Origin: Squalus acanthias
Lineage: Eukaryota
Assembly (NCBI GenBank): GCA_030390025.1
Contig: CM059432.1
Coordinates: 19,346,001 to 19,410,000 of the forward strand
DNA length: 64,000 nucleotides
Direction of reading: 5' to 3'
Shown: one piece after another, positions 37,947 to 49,834 of the stretch
Layout: each line of letters begins with the position of its first letter
Numbering within the stretch: position 1 is the first letter of the stretch
Program-made: the position numbers and the translations under genes
The notes under the pieces: model-generated
The model's database searches: none
Seen by the model: the letters and a program-made list of their open reading frames with translations, nothing else
Told to the model about the DNA's origin: nothing

Positions 37947-39620
37947 TGTAAAGTTTCGCAATTATCGCGATTCGAAATAATGAGATAGAAGCAGATTCGT
38001 TTGATCAGTTTATTTAAACGAAATGCTGTCATGATTAAACAGGACACAGAAGCCTGTAAAATGGCCGCCGCGCATCGTGGCAGAAGTTTCCAGAAGTACA
38101 GTGGGCAGACAAGATGGCGTTCGAATAAACATTTTCGATAAGCACTGATAAAGACAGGATGCAACCTGTTTGCATTTGTGACAATAACAAAAGATATGAG
38201 TGCTGGAATCGTTTTCCATGCACAAGTAAAGACCATTGTACTGGGCAATCGAAGACCCATCCAGACACATCAATACGCAAATACCCTCACGGCTCTACAA
38301 TGAGAGAGCCATTCTCGGGTGATTAAACAAGTATTCGGGGGCCCCCAAAACCCAGCCAGGGAGGCTCCGAGCCGGTTCGACAATGGGAAAAACATTAACG
38401 GGTAGTTGGCCAGTCTCAGGTGCTACCGAAACCCGTTAAAGACAAGAATCACCCCATGCTGGGAGTTTTGAGCGCCAATATTTCACAAAGGACAAACATT
38501 AAGATTTGGGCGGGAGATAAGGGAACACAGCACTATAACTATAGACAACAGATGTCCATCGCTCTCTTACTCCCTTGATTCGATTCTTATTCGCTTGATT
38601 CGTGCTCTTGTTTCTCTGGACTGTTGACTCTGGACTTTTAGCCGCACTGGACGGTTATTCGAATGTTGGGTGGAGCTCAAACGGAACGAGCCGCCTCGAC
38701 GAAGGCCGGTAACCGGGTGCACCATCCCGAGTGTCGGTAAACGGTGTTCTGGACCCGAAGGCCCGAAGAGACGAGACGAGACGAGATGAGAAGCGAAGAA
38801 GAAGAATCCACGTGCCGCCGCGGTCAGTAAACCCCGACCGCGCCGAATTTATACGAACTCTATCAGTTACTGCACGAACTGGTCATAGACTCTTCCTTGA
38901 ATTTTATCGACAACCGGTGTCGATACAGGAAGACTCTTCTTTGAATTCTACCGGTAACTGGTGTCGGTCCAGGAAGACTCTTCTTTGAGTTCTACAGCCG
39001 GGCCCGAGCACTGGCGAGTTCTTCATGACAACGGGGAGCCCAGCCTGCTTGCAGCAGCAGCGAAAGTAAACAAGTGGGGTACAGAGACCCCTCAAAACAC
39101 ATGACAGTCAGGCGCCGCAGCGAAACGAGCCGAGCGCCTCACTTTAAAATTCTCCGAAGTATCACGACTGGTGAGCATGTTTCCCGATCCTACAAATCTA
39201 GATGTAGTGTAGGTATTGATAGGGGAGGGTGGTTTTATTAAGGATAAAGTATAATGTGTTCCCCTTTTTACGATGTGCCGTGCGTTCTTCATTACCATAG
39301 ACCAAGCTTTATGAATATATGTATACTTGTACTCTCGTTAATTTGTGCCTATGACATGTACTTCATGATTTTAGACACTATGCAATAAAGATTTCCATTT
39401 CGTACTATTCAACCAGGTCTATTTGAGTTTTTCTCTGCATTATTGCTCTCGCACCTAAGTCCAGTGTTAGAACCGTAAGGGCGAGTGGGTCGAACCACTC
39501 ACAGGTGCTTATTGCAACAAGGCTGGCCGGAGACCAGAGCAAGCAATAGTATTGGGCAACGAAGGCCTAACCCCGCACCAGCACCGTCTGTGATACAAGC
39601 ACGACACAGAACCCCTTACA
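37947..39620 (+). repeat. 3' LTR
   Basis: About 21 substitutions relative to the 5' LTR by eye, with no indels. Confidence 0.95.
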
Positions 39621-40260
39621 GGGCTATGCACAACTATAAGGAGTCATTAACATTTACTGTGAATGCAATCTAAGAGAGACTTCAGGATTTGAAAGCAATA
39701 TGCGATTTTTAAAATCTAACTGCAGTGATTATGTCACAGAGTTGACTTAAAAGAAAAAAGAAAAATATTCAGAAATGGAAATTGCCCTCTTCATTCAATT
39801 GCATGCTAGAAGGGAAAACAGGTATTACACGTGTCTATTAAGGGATAATGGGGATTATTTTGGTCTATTTTTCGCTGGGACCTCTTAATCTCACATTTGA
39901 ACCGCTCCAATCAGGTTTCCACCCCTGCCACAGCACTGAAACGGCGTTATCAAAGTCACAAATGATGTTAAATTATCCCTCCTCATTCTTCTCGACCTGC
40001 CTGTAGCCTTTGACAGCGTTGACCATGCCATCCTCCTCCAAGGCTTTTCCTCCGTTGTCCAGCCGAGTGGGAGTGCCCTCGCCTGGTTCCATTCTTATCT
40101 TTCCAGTCGCAGCCAAAGAAACTTCCGCAATGGCTTCTCCTCCCGTTCCCGCACCATTACGTTTGGAGTCCACCGAGGATCTATCCTTGTCCCCCTCCTA
40201 TATCTTGTCTGCATGCTGCCCCTTGGCGACATCATCCGAAAACAAAGCATCAGATTCCAT

Positions 40261-41941
40261 GGGCTCGATTTCAATAATGGATGCGGGTTGAGGACGGGAC
40301 CGCTGCTCAGCAGCTTTCGGACCCACACCCGGCTACCACCTCCCAGCACTTCATTGGCCTCGTTACGGCCGACGTGCGGGTCCCTCCAGGCAATTGCTTG
40401 CAGGATGTCAGTTTCTCGCGTCTGATGACGCATTGTTTGTTTGAAAATTTAAAGAGGCCATGTCCCCTTCGCATACAAATGACATTGGGATGGATTGGTG
40501 CTTTATTATCTTGAAAGGGGAGTTGACAGCGTCTGTTCTGAGCAAAATTTAACGAATGATATTGCTGGTCATATTATTCCAGAAAGAGATTCATGATTTT
40601 TTGATATATGACTTTATTATCTGACTATGAAATGAAAAAGATGCCAGATGTGTTCCAATCATTTGCTTAGTAATATTAATGCTTTTTTCTCTTAAAGGTG
40701 CTGGCTGCTGCAGGAATGGCAGCCCCAAAAACTAAGGCTGCACCCAGGTTCAATGAGGGCTCCCTCCATGCTCTTGTTAAGGGAGTTAGAGGACGTCAGG
40801 AGCTCCTCTTCCCTGGAAACGGAAGGAGGAGGCCTCCTCAGCAAACCAAGGCAGCTTGGCTGCAAATTGCTGAGGAGGTGAGCTCGAGGTCTGTGTGCAG
40901 ACGCACATGGGTTTAGTGTCGAAAAAGGTTTAATGATCTGCTGAGATCATCTAACGTGTGGCCTCTGTGTTCTGGGACATGGAAGTTCAAGATTGAGGGC
41001 TCAGGGCGATTTCCATGTAGAATGTTGGTGGTGACACTGAGCACAAACCACCATTTATTGGACAGATGATGCCTGGGGTTTGAGACTGTCGGACTTATAT
41101 TCATCTCCATGTGCCAGCCACCTGTGGTTGAAGCGTTAGCTTACGCGAATCAGGCATGGGTGAGTGCATCCCTTGCCTGACGGCCATCAATGTGGTCGCC
41201 TGCTGCTGGATTGGCCACATCCGGCCCCGCAAGGCGTCGCTCCCCGTCCTCCTACTCATCCTCCTCGTCGTCCTCTTCCTCGTCCTCTTCATCTTCATCT
41301 TCCTCCAAGGGGGCTGTATGCTGAGCCACTTGTTCATCCAGCAGCACTAAGCCGCGCTGCTCTTCCTCCGAATCTGACGACCAGGATGAGAGGAAGTAAA
41401 TGGTTCCCATCCCATTGTTATAGATTTCAGTTGAGGCAAGAAGCTTGCAAGCGCACACTCAAATGGCCTGAAATTATTTCAATCAGTTCAAACAGCAGAC
41501 GTGTGTCAGCTTGACCAGTCACAAGGTCAGTAGATTTGCAAAATCTTATCCTAAAACTCCAACAACAAAGTTGTTGCATATGAATGCCAGCCATGTTACA
41601 GGAGTGCTTTTAAAGTTCTGCACCAATAATGTCTACAGATCATGTCCTCCACCAACTCGTCTCCTTGCAGCTGGACTGTTTCTGTCAAGACGGGAAACAG
41701 GAGCCAGAAGTGTGAAAATGGGAAACCTCTATCAAAATAGGATTATCAAGGCAGTTAACAGGCTCTTAACTGCCTTACCTACCTGCCCCACCGGTAGGAG
41801 TCGGGTCAGTTTGGGAGCAGCTGACCCAACACTCACGAAAATCGCGTGGGGGGCGGGTTGGGTGTCTGAAGCTATTTTTTCCGATTTTCGCAGTTGACCC
41901 GCCTCCAAACCCGCCTCCTCAGGGCTATTAAAATCGAGGCC
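40261..41941. mobile_element. Internally deleted Harbinger, same family as 12821-16760
   Basis: TIR GGGCTCGATTTCAATA / TATTAAAATCGAGGCC; Myb exon 40717-40955 with a TAG; transposase remnant on -. Confidence 0.8.
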
Positions 41942-42104
41942 GACATGTACGCTGACGATACCCAGCTCTATTTCACCACCATCTCTCTCAAACCCTCCTT
42001 TTACTATGATCTGCCACTCTATTTTTTCAACATCCAGTATTGGATGAGCAGAAATTTCCTCCAATTAAATATCTGAAAGACCGAACTCATTGTCTTCAGC
42101 CCCT

Positions 42105-44625
42105 TGTAAGATTTGGATCACAGGTCACACACAGATTACCCAAAGGGTCTTAGGAGTTGTAAGGCATTTTATTAAGGAGCGGCAGTTTAAGTTAAGTACA
42201 TCACGCAATCAAGATAAACATAGTAGGGAGGAAATGGCCGAGTGAGAGAACCATGGTTCACAAAAGAGGTTGAATGTCTAGTCAAGAGGAAAAAGGAAGC
42301 GTATGTAAGGATGAGAAAACAAGGTTCAGTTGGGTCGATTGAGGGGTACAAGGTAGCAAGGAATGAGCTAAAAAAAGAGCTTAGGAGAGCTAGGAGGGGG
42401 CATGAGAAGTCCTTGGCGGGTCGGATCAAGAAAAACCCCAAGGCTTTTTACTCTTATGTGAGAAATAAAAGAATGACCAGGGTGAAGGTAGGGCCGGTCA
42501 AGGACAGTAGTGGGAACTTGTGCATGGAGTCAGAAGAGATAGGAGAGGTGATGAATGAATACTTTTCGTCAGTGTTCACCGAGGAGAGGGGCCATGTTCT
42601 TGAGGATGAGAGTGTGATAAAGGTGGATAGGCTGGAGGTGGTAGATGTTCTGAGGGAAGATGTTTTAGCAATTTTGAAGAACCTGAGGGTCGATAAGTCC
42701 CCTGGGCCAGATGGGATATATCCTAGGATTCTTTGGGAGGCAAGGGAGGAGATTGCAGAGCCTCTGGCTTTGATCTTTGGGTCCTCACTGTCCACGGGGA
42801 TGTTGCCAGAGGACTGGAGAGTGGCGAATGTTGTTCCTCTCTTCAAGAAAGGAAATAGGAATGACCCTGGTAATTATAGGCCGGTTAGTCTTACTTCGGT
42901 GGTTGGTAAGATAATGGAAAAGGTCCTGAGGGATAGGATTTATGACCATTTGGAAAGGGGCAACTTAATCAGGGATAGTCAACACGGATTCGTGAAGGGT
43001 AAGTCTTGCCTAACAAATTTGATTGAATTCTTTGAGGAGGTAACTAAGTGTGTAGATGAAGGTAGAGCAGTTGATGTTGTATACATGGATTTTAGTAAGG
43101 CGTTTGATAAGGTTCCCCATGGTCGGCTCATGAAGAAAGTAAGGAGTTGTGGGATAGAGGGAAATTTGGCCGATTGGATAAGTAACTGGCTATCTCATAG
43201 AAGGCAGAGGGTGGTGGTGGATGGAACATTTTCGGACTGGAGACCAGTTACCAGCGGTGTGCCACAGGGGTCGGTGCTGGGTCCTCTGCTGTTTGTGATT
43301 TTTATCAATGACTTGGAGGAGGGGACTGAAGGGTGGATCAGTAAATTTGCTGATGACACCAAGATTGGTGGAGTAGTGGATGAGGTGGAGGGCAGTTGTA
43401 GGCTGCAAAGAGACATTGATAGGATGCAGAGCTGGGCCGAAAAATGGCAGATGGAATTTAACCCTGATAAGTGCGAGGTGATTCATTTTGGTAGGGCAAA
43501 TGTGAATAAGGATTACAGGGTCAACGGCAGGGTTCTGAGGAACGTGGAGGAGCAGAGGGATCTGGGGGTTCATATCCACAGATCTCTGAAGGTTGCCACT
43601 CAAGTGGATAGAGCAGTAAAGAAGGCCTATGGTGTGTTGGCGTTTATTAACAGAGGGTTTGAGTTTAAGAACCGTGAGGTTATGCTGCAACTGTACAGGA
43701 CCTTGGTGAGACCACATTTGGAATATTGTGTGCAGTTCTGGTCACCTCACTATAGGAAGGACGTGGAAGCATTGGAAAGAGTGCAAAGGAGATTTACCAG
43801 GATGCTGCCTGGTTTGGGGGGGAGGTCTTATGAGGAAAGATTGAGGGAGTTGGGGCTTTTCTCTTTAGAGCGGAGGAGGATGAGAGGCGACTTAATAGAG
43901 GTTTATAAGATGATGAGGGGGATAGATAGAGTGGATGTTCAGAGACTATTTCCTCGGGTAGAGACAGCTGTTACAAGGGGGCATAACTATAAGGTGCATG
44001 GGGGGAGATATAGAAGGGATGTCCGAGGTAGATTCTTTACTCAGAGAGTGGTTGGGGTGTGGAATGGACTGCCTGCTGTGATAGTGGAGTCGGACACTTT
44101 AGGAACTTTCAAGCGGTTATTGGATAAGCACATGGAGCACACCAGAGTGATAGGGAGTGTGATAGCTTGATCTTGGTCTCGGACAATGCTCGGCACAACA
44201 TCGAGGGCCGAAGGGCCTGTACTGTGCTGTACTGTTCTATGTTCTATGTTCTATGTTCTATAGTAGACATACGACCGTGACAAGCAGCTGGTATCGGTCC
44301 CGATCGGACAAATGGCTGACATGCGTGAACAGCTCTTCCCTTCCCTTCACCGTCTGTGCTAAAAGCTCTTTTGATATCTCTTTTACTCTCTTTTTAGGGG
44401 TGGGCCTAGGGTAGATTATCAAAGATACAGTCAACAACCTCTCTAGCACACAAACAGCAGACAGCTATTCTGGAAACAAGATCACCGCCACGGTGCAGAA
44501 TGTTATAACATCCGCAGGGAACCAAGAACATCAGCAAATTCTAAGCGTCCATCCAGTTATTCTAACACCAGTCTGAAGAGACTTTTTTGTCTCAAGTTAT
44601 TTCTTCCAATTCACGATTTCTTACA
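42105..44625 (-). mobile_element. Solo LTR (about 480 bp net) interrupted by CR1
   Basis: TGTAAGA...TCTTACA ends, CCCT/TCCT flanks, minus-strand AATAAA near 42170. Confidence 0.7.
42227..44259 (+). mobile_element. Young 5'-truncated CR1 LINE with open 642-aa RT ORF
   Basis: ORF 42242-44170; (TTCTATG)n tail; TSD ATAGTAG (42220-26, 44260-66). Confidence 0.95.
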
Positions 44626-46586
44626 TCCTGCCACAAACTCTGAACCCTAGCTACTGACTCCACCCCTCTCCCTGGCCACTGTCTGAGGCTGAACCAGACT
44701 GTTTGCAAAATTGGCATCCTATTTGACCCTGAGCTGAGAATCCAACCCCGTAGCCTCTCCCATAATCCAATACTGCCTACTTCGCCTGTCCCTGCCCCTG
44801 CCCTGCCTCAGCACATCTGCTGCTGAAACCCTAATCCATAGCTTTGTTACCTCCAGACTTGACTATTCCCATGCTCTCCTGGCTCTCCACCCTCTGTAAA
44901 CATGAACTCATCCAAAACTCTGCTGCCCGTATCCTAACTTGCATCATCACCCCTGTGCTCGCTAACCTATATTGGCTCACAGTCCAGCAACACCTCAAAT
45001 TTGATTTGCTGCCAAAAGACTGCTGCGGCTGTAGCTGGTCTGCAGCCAGTCCACAACTAGACACCAGTAACCACTTTGCAACCAGTCTGCAGCCCGTCAC
45101 CAGCAATCAGCCATCAGCAGTCAGCCCTCAGCCACCAGCCTACAACCAGCTATGAGCAGACAACCAACAACCAATCTGCAGGGTTTTGAACTGGAAGCTG
45201 GATAATTGCCAACTGAAAAGTAGACACAGTCTGAAAGTGCCTAAGTGCTCCATTAGACCTCTTAACCATGAGCAGCAAGAAGCAGAACAAAATATTGCGA
45301 CATCCCCAAAAACAATATGAATGTTTGGAACCACTTACCTCCGCACCAAGAGATTGCTATAGAATAAACTGAAATGACGGGACAGGAGGAGGCCGTGTGG
45401 CCAGCATGCTTGTGCCAATGCAAGCTCTCTAACTGGAGCTATCTAACCTTATCCCTTTCCCCTTCTTGAGAATTCCTTTGCACAATCTACACCCAATCTC
45501 CTGCTATAATTGGATTGCGTTGACTTTCGCTCTCCATCAAAAGAAATTAGATTTAATTCTTTTTTAACATGACTAAAATGAAAACAGCAATTGCTGGAAA
45601 TGTGGAGCAGGTCAGTCAGCACCTGAAAGTGAAAGATAGGTTAATATTTCAATTGGGTCCTTTTGTCAGAAGGGTTAATCTACCTTTTCTTTTGCAGAAT
45701 GCTGACTGATCTGTTGGGCATGTCCAGCATTTTCGGTTTTTATTTCTAATTTCCACCACTTCTTTACACAGCAAACATAGTTAAATACATTTGTTGCACA
45801 AATAAGACAGCCCACGATGAATTTGTCATTTGTTTGCTTGGTAAGTTCACTGAATATGAAAACACAACATCATCATTAGTTACGCTTGATAAAATTAGCA
45901 TTTAGCCGTATTCCAGTCCTCACTTTAAACCATTTAGTACGATAATTGGAAGTTTGCAATAATTAGAGCTCTTTAAGGGTAAATTCACTGATCCTGCACT
46001 CTCCACAGGGAACTGCCCTCAAATTGAATGCAGGTTGGACAGAGAGCTGAAACACTGCAGCACCAATTCGTTGACTTCATTCCCTTCAAATACAGCATCC
46101 CTGCTGAGAGAGCCGATTTACTCCTATAGTTTGAACAGTTTTAGTGAACAATCATTAAACAGGATACAGGGTCCTCACCTCATTAAAAAAAAAAGATTTT
46201 CTGGCCATTATCACATTGCTGTTTGTGGGACCTTGCTGTGCGCAAATTGTCTGCCACATTTCCTACATTACAACAGTGACTACACTTCAGAAAAAAAGTA
46301 CTTAATTGGCTGTAAAGCGCTTTTGGATGTCCTGAGGTTGTGAAAGGCTATATATAAATGCAAGTCTTTCTTCTTTCTTTCTCATGCTAACTATCATTAG
46401 TGTAATGACCTTACCTCACCCTTCATAGCTCATACTTTCTGACAACACCGATAACTACAGTCCTATATTCTTACTGCATAAAATTAATTGCGACATATCG
46501 ATCACATTATACTATTATCTTGGCTCCAGAGCAAACTGATCGAATTGCATTGCTTTCAATCAATATGATTCTGAAGCGGAATCATT

Positions 46587-47214
46587 GGGCCCAAAATGGT
46601 CAGCGCACTCGCAGCCTGCCAGAAGCCAGAAGCTGGAGGCCTGAGGTTCATCTGAAATTGGGCCTTGGACCTCATCCGAATAATTCTGGTGAGCAGCACC
46701 TCTTGAGCCAGCATGCCCGTTTTGTCTGGAACAATTTGGGCCAGCTACAATGCCAGCAGCCACCCTCGGGTAGGTCCGGGTGGAGTGAGGTGGGGAGCGG
46801 GAATGGGAATGGGAACAGGAACGGGAGTGGGGGGGGGGGGGGGGGAGTGATCATGTGCCGGCAGCAGCCTGCAGTAGTGCTGTGGCTCTGGGAAGAGTAC
46901 TCTTTCTTTTTGTGGCTCCACATTAAGTTAAGTTAGCAAGAAAATAATGTACCTTTCTTTTGGTGGCCCCCAGCGATCCCTTTAAGGTCTGCTGGTTAGG
47001 TCGCAGAAGCGACGGGAATAATTTCAGAACGGGGTCCTTAGACAGGCCTAAGGCCCCTCATTAGCATATACAAGGGGCCTCACTCCTGTTTAAGGTGGCC
47101 GCCAAGGACGCCTGAATATCACCTGAGATAACATGGCATTGGCCATTTATCAGGCGCGAAATTGGACCTTTTTGCACCCGTGTAATGGGTGAAACATGGT
47201 CCAATTTTGTCCCC
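46587..47214. mobile_element. Harbinger-type MITE (diverged)
   Basis: Imperfect TIRs GGGCCCAAAATGG / CCAATTTTGTCCCC. Confidence 0.45.
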
Positions 47215-47924
47215 ATTCTCTCAATTTCCATTATGAATTTAGAGCAGTTGTTTCAACATTTCTCGAGCCTTTGATAGTGTATGGCATCCCAGCTTAGATG
47301 GAAAGCTGCCTTCTTCAGTGTAACTAGTGAGCAACACATGAGGACACAAACATCAGGTCACGATAAATGGGTGCTCATTTTCTTTATGAACAAGTCCCAA
47401 GAAGAATGATTCGTAAGCTAACCCAATCCTTATCAATGACCAAGTGAATGTCATCGAAAGAAATGTCCTCCTCACTGATGACATCACTGTCTACGTCATG
47501 TTCAAGTCAGAAAAACAGCCGCAAATCATTGCAGACAGTTATAAACAGAATTGGGCATTTGGTCGATAAATGGTGTGTTTTCTTCAGCAGTGAAAGAAAT
47601 CAAGTCAGTAACTTTTGAGAATAATTGTTTGGTAGCCCTTCCAGTTCTATAAGGACTGATAACTCTCTCAGTGATAAATATTTGGATTGCTAGTTTGGGT
47701 GCTTGGACAACTTTGCAAGGCTTTGCTTTGGGAAGCTATTAGGTTTGTGAAGCCCTGCTGCAAGATTGTCTGCATTTCTGAATTGCTCATAGACTCCTGC
47801 ATACTTCTCCCAGACTTTACAGCATTTATCTCATGACTCACATAGATGATTCTATCCAGACAGCAATCTTCCTTTGTAAAGAGGCCTGTGAGGTCTGAGT
47901 TAATAAACAGTGCAGTTGAGACGG

Positions 47925-48366
47925 CACTTTACAGCCTTCCAGACTCAATATCGAGTTCAACAATTTCAGATCATAACCTCGGCCCCCACCATATTTATAT
48001 ATTTTTTTATCCACACTTTTGGTTTGTGCCTTTTCTTTTTTTTTCTCTCTCCCACATGGCAGCTGTCTTTCATTCTGCCAGCGCATTTCACACTTCATCT
48101 AGAGCCATCTTTTGTTTCTTAATCTGTCCCATTACCATCTCGTCTCGCCTTGAATATCTCTCAATGTCTCTTTACTTCTCACTAACCTTCCCTTTTGTTC
48201 TTTTATTCCCTCCCCCAGCCCCCAAACTTGCATTTTCATCTGTTTCATTTCCTGCTTTTTTCTCAGTTCTGACGAAGGGTCTTCGACCTGAAACGTTAAC
48301 TCTGTTTCTCTCTCCACGGATGTTGCCTGGCCTGCTGAGTTTTTCCAGCGCTTTCTGTTGTCATTT
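47925..48366 (+). mobile_element. Penelope 3' fragment with hammerhead motif and 12-bp TSD
   Basis: Encodes GTLQPSRLNIEFNNFRS*; CTGACGA..GAAACGTTAAC at 48269-48300; flanked by CAGTTGAGACGG (47913-24, 48367-78). Confidence 0.75.
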
Positions 48367-49834
48367 CAGTTGAGACGGGAACTGTTCTGTGCCCCCTGAC
48401 CAACAGGAGCCGCGCCTAAAACAGCCAATACCATTTGCTCCTCCCCTAGCTGCTCTGTCTTGACCACAATCACCTACTCCACCCACCGCCCCCCAACCCC
48501 ACCCACCCCCCGCCCACCACCGACCTCTCTGCCGTGAACTGCTCCCACGCGTCCCTGGCCGCGACCTCATGCCACTCTCACCCAACTCTGGGCTGATGTC
48601 ATTGACATCGGGTTCAGGTGGGAGTTGGGCCTGGCCTATTTAAAGGATGCCCAGGAGTCCAAACGGCCTGGTGAGTCACCTTGGTGAGACGACGTAAGGG
48701 CCAGGCTCATCCCGCTGGAACCCCATGCACGCCTTATGCCCTCAGTTAAAATTGGTGCTAAAGAATCTATGCATGATCATTTTATGTAAGGAATATCAAA
48801 TTTATAGTAACAATTTTAAATAATTGCAGAGAAAGTAACCTCTGGGCCCAACAAAGATCATTCCAATCTTATCTTTGCTGGGCCTCTTCGGCTCCATCGC
48901 CCATGGAACTGAACGGAACCTGCACAGCGCACGCTCCAACCAGTTCCAACTTAAAATGGCAATCGGGGTCTTATTTACGCCATAGGCACCCCGATTTTCA
49001 CATTAAAAGAGGCCTACCTCCTGAAACAGGCAGGTGCTTGGACACCCAGTGTTAAGCCCCTTTCAATATGGAGCCAGCCGCAGCATCAGTGTTAACGGGG
49101 TGGTAACGTTACCAATCTCACTTTGAGGCTGCTACTGCCCCATTAAGACCTGGCGTAAATCAACCCTGTTGTGTGTAGGTGGAGGTACGATAATGTGGAT
49201 AGCTAAGCACTAGGACTATCCCAAATACGTCCCCAACCAATACAGGAGGAGGTAGTGCCCTCTGTTGTAGGTCACCTTCCTCAGCCGTGTACAGTCATAG
49301 TCAATGTACTCATTGTGTAATGATAAAATACTCTAGTAGTTTTGTTCAGATTTACTCTCACACTTTATGATTTTATCTGAACCCTTTGGTCGCTTTACAG
49401 CCTTGTAACTCCCTCTTCCGTGAACAACTTTATTATTGCACCTCAATGACATCTCAGTAAATGATAAGAAAACGCACGACAGCACATTTAACCAGATGCA
49501 GTGAACTGTCAGATTTGACCTGGTATTTTAAGGGTCATGTCCTCTGTTTTCCTGACTGTTCACTGCATTCATTTTCTTCTAAATAGGAGTAGGATTGTTT
49601 TTGCTGAAGTCACACAATTTTCCAATGTTCTTGACATTTTTCTTCCTTTCTGTATAGGGTGGCTTCATAATTTTGTCCTAATAATTATTTAACGGAAGCA
49701 CATTGTATAGTTCTGTTTATTGAAAGTAGCGCTAGTTATTTTTTTCAATCGAGAAGGGATCCTTTAAGGAAGAGGAACAGGGCTTAGGATAGGAAAACAA
49801 TCTAAAATATGCTCATATTTGGTTCTTGCAAACT

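Larger units (their letters stand above)
28942..39620 (+). mobile_element. Complete pol-less endogenous retrovirus-like LTR element (gag, ORF-X, env)
   Basis: Two 1674-bp LTRs TGTAA..TTACA, 4-bp TSD GGGC (28938-41, 39621-24), PBS, PPT, gag and env. Confidence 0.93.
39895..45010 (+). mobile_element. L2 LINE split by three nested insertions (pieces 39895-40260, 41942-42104, 44626-45010)
   Basis: FH|MYADDTQLY rejoins across the Harbinger; cagcccct|gccacaaactc rejoins across the LTR. Confidence 0.8.
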
